A stretch of DNA of 53,632 nt from Nemertoderma westbladi (taxonomy: Eukaryota > Animalia > Xenacoelomorpha), in contig JAUCBJ010004845.1 of assembly GCA_032718475.1 (NCBI GenBank), forward strand, positions 1-53,632, given 5' to 3'. This document shows positions 46,733-53,632 of this stretch, one piece after another. Under the pieces are notes generated by a model that made no database searches, was not told the DNA's origin, and saw only the letters and a program-made list of their open reading frames with translations. Position numbers and translations under genes: made by a program. Position 1 is the first letter of the stretch, and each line of letters begins with the position of its first letter.

Positions 46733-49700
46733 AGATTCACTGCTATAGGAAATTACTTCGTACAACACCAGATCCACTGCTATAGGCAATTACGTCGTAC
46801 AACACCAGATCCACTGGTATAGGCAATTACTTCATACAACACCAGACCCACTGCTATAGGCAATTACTTCGTACAACACCAGATCCACTGCTATAGGCAA
46901 TTACTTCATACAACACCAGAATTCACTGCTATAGGCAATTACTTCGTACAATACCAGATCCACTGCTATAGGCAATTACTTCGTACAACACCAGATCCAC
47001 TGCTATAGGCAATTACTTCGTACAACACCAGATCCACTGCTATAGGCAATTACTTCGTACAACACCAGATTCACTGCTATAGGCAATTACTTCGTACAAC
47101 ACCAGATTCACTGCTATAGGCAATTACTTCGTACAACACCAGATCCACTGCTATAGGCAATTACTTCGTACAATACCCGATCTACTGCTATAGGCAATTA
47201 CTTCGTACAACACCAGATCCACTGCTATAGGCAATTACTTCGTACAACACCAGATTCACTGCTATAGGCAATTACTTCGTACAACACCAGATCCACTGCT
47301 ATAGGCAATTACTTCGTACAATACCCGATCTACTGCTATAGGCAATTACTTCGTACAACACCAGATCCACTTCTATAGGCAATTACTTCGTACAACACCA
47401 GATTCACTGCTATAGGCAATTACTTCGTACAACACCAGATCCACTGCTATAGGCAATTACTTCGTACAATACCCGATCTACTGCTATAGGCAATTACTTC
47501 GTACAACACCAGATCCACTGCTATAGGCAATTACTTCGTACAACACCAGATTCACTGCTATAGGCAATTACTTCGTACAACACCAGATCCACTGCTAGAG
47601 GCAATTACTTCGTACAATACCCGATCTACTGCTATAGGCAATTACTTCGTACAACACCAGATCCACTGCTATAGGCAATTACTTCGTACAATACCCGATC
47701 TACTGCTATAGGAAATTACTTCGTACAACACCAGATCCACTGCTATAGGCAATTACTTCATACAACACCAGATCCACTGCTATAGGCAATTACTTCGTAC
47801 AACACCAGATTCACTGCTATAGGCAATTACTTCGTACAACACCAGATCCACTGCTATAGGCAATTACTTCGTACAACACCAGATCCACTGCTATAGGAAA
47901 TTACTTCGTACAACACCAGATCCACTGCTATAGGAAATTATTTCGTACAACACCAGATCTACTGCTATAGGCAATTACTTCGTACAACACCAGATCCACT
48001 GCTATAGACAATTACTTCGTACAACACCAGATCCACTGGTATAGGAAATTACTTCGTACAACACCAGATTCACTGCTATAGGCAATTACTTCGTACAACA
48101 CCAGATCCACTGCTATAGGCAATTACTTCGTACAACACCAGATCCACTGCTATAGGAAATTACTTCGTACAACACCAGATCCACTGCTATAGGAAATTAC
48201 TTCGTACAATACCCGATCTACTGCTATAGGCAATTACTTCGTACAACACCAGATCCACTGCTATAGGCAATTACTTCGTACAACACCAGATCCACTGCTA
48301 TAGGCAATTACTTCGTACAACACCAGATTCACTGCTATAGGCAATTACTTCGTACAACACCAGATTCACTGCTATAGGCAATTACTTCGTACAACACCAG
48401 ATCCACTGCTATAGGCAATTACTTCGTACAATACCCGATCTACTGCTATAGGCAATTACTTCGTACAACACCAGATCCACTGCTATAGGCAATTACTTCG
48501 TACAACACCAGATCCACTGCTATAGGCAATTACTTCGTACAACACCAGATTCACTGCTATAGGCAATTACTTCGTACAACACCAGATTCACTGCTATAGG
48601 CAATTACTTCGTACAACACCAGATCCACTGCTATAGGCAATTACTTCGTACAATACCCGATCTACTGCTATAGGCAATTACTTCGTACAACACCAGATCC
48701 ACTGCTATAGGCAATTACTTCGTACAACACCAGATTCACTGCTATAGGCAATTACTTCGTACAACACCAGATCCACTGCTATAGGCAATTACTTCGTACA
48801 ATACCCGATCTACTGCTATAGGCAATTACTTCGTACAACACCAGATCCACTGCTATAGGCAATTACTTCGAACAACACCAGATTCACTGCTATAGGCAAT
48901 TACTTCGTACAACACCAGATCCACTTCTATAGGAAATTACTTCGTACAACACCAGATCCACTGCTATAGGCAATTACTTCGTACAATACCCGATCTACTG
49001 CTATAGGCAATTACTTCGTACAACACCAGATCCACTGCTATAGGCAATTACTTCGTACAACACCAGATCCACTGCTATAGGCAATTACTTCGTACAACAC
49101 CAGATTCACGGCTATAGGCAATTACTTCGTACAACACCAGATTCACTGCTATAGGCAATTACTTCGTACAACACCAGATACACTTCTATAGGCAATTACT
49201 TCGTACAACACCAGATCCACTGCTATAGGCAATTACTTCGTACAACACCAGATCCACTGCTATAGGCAATTACTTCGTACAACACCAGATTCACTGCTAT
49301 AGGCAATTACTTCGTACAACACCAGATCCACTTCTATAGGCAATTACTTCGTACAACACCAGATCCACTGCTATAGGCAATTACTTCGTACAACACTAGA
49401 TCCACTGCTATAGGCAATTACTTCGTACAACACCAGATCCACTGCTATAGGCAATTACTTCGTACAACACCAGATCCACTGCTATAGGCAATTACTTCGT
49501 ACAACACCATATCCACTGCTATAGGAAATTACTTCGTACAACACCAGATCCACTGCTATAGGTAATTACTTCGTACAACACCAGATCCACTGCTATAGGA
49601 AATTACTTCGTACAACACCAGATCCACTGCTATAGGAAATTACTTCGTACAACACCAGATTCACTGCTATAGGCAATTACTTCGTACAACACCAGATCCA

Positions 49701-52532
49701 CTGCTATAGGCAATTACTTCGTACAACACCAGATCCACTGCTATAGGCAATTACTTCGTACAACACCAGATCCACTGCTATAGGCAATTACTTCGTACAA
49801 CACCAGATCCACTGCTATAGGAAATTACTTCGTACAACACCAGATCCACTGCTATAGGCAATTACTTCGTACAACACCAGATCCACTGCTATAGGCAATT
49901 ACTTCGTACAACACCAGATTCACTGCTATAGGCAATTACTTCGTACAACACCAGATTCACTGCTATAGGAAATTACTTCGTACAACACCAGATCCACTGC
50001 TATAGGAAATTACTTCGTACAACACCAGATCTACTGCTATAGGCAATTACTTCGTACAACACCAGATTCACTGCTATAGGCAATTACTTCGTACAACACC
50101 AGATCCACTGCTATAGGCAATTACTTCGTACAACACCAGATCCACTGCTATAGGAAATTACTTCGTACAACACCAGATCCACTGCTATAGGCAATTACTT
50201 CGTACAACACCCGATCTACTGCTATAGGCAATTACTTCGTACAACACCAGATCCACTGCTATAGGCAATTACTTCGTACAACACCAGATTCACTGCTATA
50301 GGCAATTACTTCGTACAACACCAGATCCACTGCTATAGGAAATTACTTCGTACAACACCAGATCCACTGCTATAGGAAATTACTTCGTACAACACCAGAT
50401 CCACTGCTATAGGCAATTACTTCGTACAACACCAGATCCACTGCTATAGGCAATTACTTCGTACAACACCAGATCCACTGCTATAGGCAATTACTTCGTA
50501 CAACACCAGATCCACTGCTATAGGCAATTACTTCGTACAACACCAGATCCACTGCTATAGGAAATTACTTCGTACAACACCAGATTCACTGCTATAGGAA
50601 ATTACTTCGTACAACACCAGATCCACTGCTATAGGAAATTACTTCGTACAACACCAGATCCACTGCTATAGGAAATTACTTCGTACAACACCAGATCCAC
50701 TGCTATAGGCAATTACTTCGTACAACACCCGATCTACTGCTATAGGCAATTACTTCGTACAACACCAGATTCACTGCTATAGGCAATTACTTCGTACAAC
50801 ACCAGATTCACTGCTATAGGCAATTACTTCGTACAACACCAGATCCACTGCTATAGGAAATTACTTCGTACAACACCAGATCCACTGCTATAGGAAATTA
50901 CTTCGTACAACACCAGATCCACTGCTATAGGCAATTACTTCGTACAACACCAGATCCACTGCTATAGGCAATTACTTCGTACAACACCAGATCCACTGCT
51001 ATAGGCAATTACTTCGTACAACACCAGATCCACTGCTATAGGCAATTACTTCGTACAACACCAGATCCACTGCTATAGGCAATTACTTCGTACAACACCA
51101 GATCCACTGCTATAGGACAATTACTTCGTACAACACCAGATCTACTGCTATAGGCAATTACTTCGTACAACACCAGATTCACTGCTATAGGCAATTACTT
51201 CTTACAACACCAGATTCACTGCTATAGGCAATTACTTCGTACAACACCAGATCCACTGCTATAGGAAATTACTTCGTACAACACCAGATCCACTGCTATA
51301 GGAAATTACTTCGTACAAAACCAGATCCACTGCTATAGGCAATTACTTCGTACAACACCAGATCCACTGCTATAGGCAATTACTTCGTACAACACCAGAT
51401 CCACTGCTATAGGCAATTACTTCGTACAACACCAGATCCACTGCTATAGGCAATTACTTCGTACAACACCAGATCCACTGCTATAGGAAATTACTTCGTA
51501 CAACACCAGATTCACTGCTATAGGAAATTACTTCGTACAACACCAGATCCACTGCTATAGGAAATTACTTCGTACAACACCAGATCCACTGCTATAGGAA
51601 ATTACTTCCTACAACACCAGATCTACTGATATAGGCAATTACTTCGTACAACACCAGATTCACTGCTATAGGAAATTACTTCGTACAACACCAGATCCAC
51701 TGCTATAGGCAATTACTTCGTACAACACCAGATCCACTGCTATAGGCAATTACTTCGTACAACACCAGATCCACTGCTATAGGCAATTACTTCGTACAAC
51801 ACCAGATCCACTGCTATAGGAAATTACTTCGTACAACACCAGATCCACTGCTATAGGAAATTACTTCCTACAACACCAGATCTACTGCTATAGGCAATTA
51901 CTTCGTACAACACCAGATTCACTGCTATAGGAAATTACTTCGTACAACACCAGATCCACTGCTATAGGCAATTACTTCGTACAACACCAGATCCACTGCT
52001 ATAGGAAATTACTTCGTACAACACCAGATCCACTGCTATAGGCAATTACTTCGTACAACACCAGATCCACTGCTATAGGAAATTACTTCCTACAACACCA
52101 GATCTACTGATATAGGCAATTACTTCGTACAACACCAGATTCACTGCTATAGGAAATTACTTCGTACAACACCAGATCCACTGCTATAGGCAATTACTTC
52201 GTACAACACCAGATCCACTGCTATAGGAAATTACTTCGTACAACACCAGATCCACTGCTATAGGCAATTACTTCGTACAACACCAGATCCACTGCTATAG
52301 GAAATTACTTCGTACAACACCAGATCCACTGCTATAGGAAATTACTTCCTACAACACCAGATCTACTGATATAGGCAATTACTTCGTACAACACCAGATT
52401 CACTGCTATAGGAAATTACTTCGTACAACACCAGATCGATCACTGCTATAGGCAATTACTTCGTACAACACCAGATCCACTGCTATAGGCAATTACTTCG
52501 TACAACACCAGATCCATTGCTATAGACAATTA

Positions 52533-53040
52533 CTTCGTACCGCGGACTTAAATCTTAGTAGGACAAAAATCGCTTTATTACCAGCCAGGGTACTGCAATT
52601 TGGAATCTTACCAACATACATTAAAAACCAACCCACATTAACTACGTTCTCTAAAAAGGAAAAGGGATATTTATTCACTCAAATATAATATCATTACATT
52701 TTACTGTATTTGACTAAGAATTAATTCTAGACTTAACTTTCTCTATTATTTCTGTTCTTTTATTTTCACTATTTCTTTTTTCTTTTACTCTCGACTTTCT
52801 CATTTGCGCTGCAAAACATATAACTAAAAATGTGATAAATTACAAAATAAATCCAAAACCAAATTAATCCAAACAAATTCATTTAAAGCGAGCTAAGTGG
52901 CACCCCCAAGGTAATCCCCCCCCCCCCCCCCCACCCCCAGCCCCCCACCCGAATGCATCACGCGAGACCAGCTTCACCATCGGTGATGCAGCCCCAACTA
53001 GCTATGCTATTAGCTGTATCTCCGCTCTCATATTCCAGAA
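52533..53040 (+). mobile_element. 3' end of an L2/CR1-group LINE abutting the satellite
   Basis: FVPRT..FITSQGTAIWN/LP..IKNQPTLTTFSKK.KGYLF* to ~52688, followed by a T-rich/C-rich 3' UTR. The right boundary is approximate. Confidence 0.65.
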
Positions 53041-53075
53041 TATTAACAAGCTTCAAAGATATAATAATGTTTCAC

Positions 53076-53137
53076 AGTAAATATGATGATTAGTGACACA
53101 TAGTAAATATGATGATTAGTGACACATAGTAAATATG
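53076..53137. repeat. 26-bp tandem duplication
   Basis: AGTAAATATGATGATTAGTGACACAT occurs twice plus a partial third. Confidence 0.85.
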
Positions 53138-53632
53138 CGAGATTGTTATTTTATTGGTGGAGGGATAGGTGCAAACAGGAAACAAAATCAGAGAAATAAT
53201 AATAAATAAATTGAATAATAAAAAATTGAAAATGAGTTTTGGCGGTGCAATTTGGTTGATAAACCAGCATAGCATTCTCAATGCCCGCTGTATTGGCGCT
53301 GCCAATTGTGGATTACATGGTGGTCAAGACATAACATCAAGGCATTTTGTTCATAGGTGGAATGGGTGGTAGGAACTGCTGAATGCTTCCTTGATTCGAA
53401 GGAAACAGATGAGCAACAGTGTTGTTCAGGGGTAGTGGAAACAGTTAAGTGTTGATGAGTATTATATTATTAGTTGGTAATGAGTTTAATTGAATTGTCG
53501 AATGGGGTCGGCGACTCGGAAAATTTTGTTCGCGATTTTGTTGGTTTCATGTGAAAAAACAAAAAATTAATATTGGCTGAGTTATAGCGATTTTAAAACG
53601 CAAAATTAGCAACATCGAAAAATCAGGCGGTT

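Larger units (their letters stand above)
43722..52540. repeat. 37-bp satellite array (ACCAGATCCACTGCTATAGGCAATTACTTCGTACAAC)n, roughly 220 copies, with two insertions
   Basis: Period of 37 read at 43981/44018; head-to-tail with no spacers; variation limited to a few sites. Confidence 0.99.

Noticed and set aside
43722-52540. 37-bp repeat array as a CRISPR array
   Set aside because: Units are head-to-tail with no unique spacers, there are no cas genes, and the context is a spliced eukaryotic locus.

Overview
AT-rich eukaryotic (metazoan, probably invertebrate) genomic DNA, not prokaryotic. The only host gene I can support is the 5' part of a canonical TRP channel (TRPC family) on the minus strand. 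It has four GT-AG-bounded coding exons (16046-15762, 15363-14665, 11555-11364, 10480-10269) that splice into one frame covering the ankyrin repeats, the TRP_2 Zn motif and pre-S1. The transmembrane exons were not found and probably lie left of the window. The rest is intron/intergenic DNA packed with decayed and often nested transposable elements: a near full-length CR1/L2-group LINE inside a palindromic MITE, a Penelope fragment with a variant hammerhead ribozyme inside a 2.6-kb inverted-repeat unit, a split RTE, two CRE-type RLE fragments, Tc1/mariner, piggyBac and IS3EU-like non-autonomous elements, and a tRNA-derived element. There are also many minisatellites, including an ~8.8-kb 37-bp satellite carrying two clean insertions. 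I found no convincing wholly new system. The best leads are the hammerhead variant, the hairpin-embedded tRNA-like element, the CRE insertion in the satellite, the inverted-repeat unit with convergent ORF relics, and the excess of TA-flanked palindromes. All family assignments come from motif recognition by eye, not database searches.
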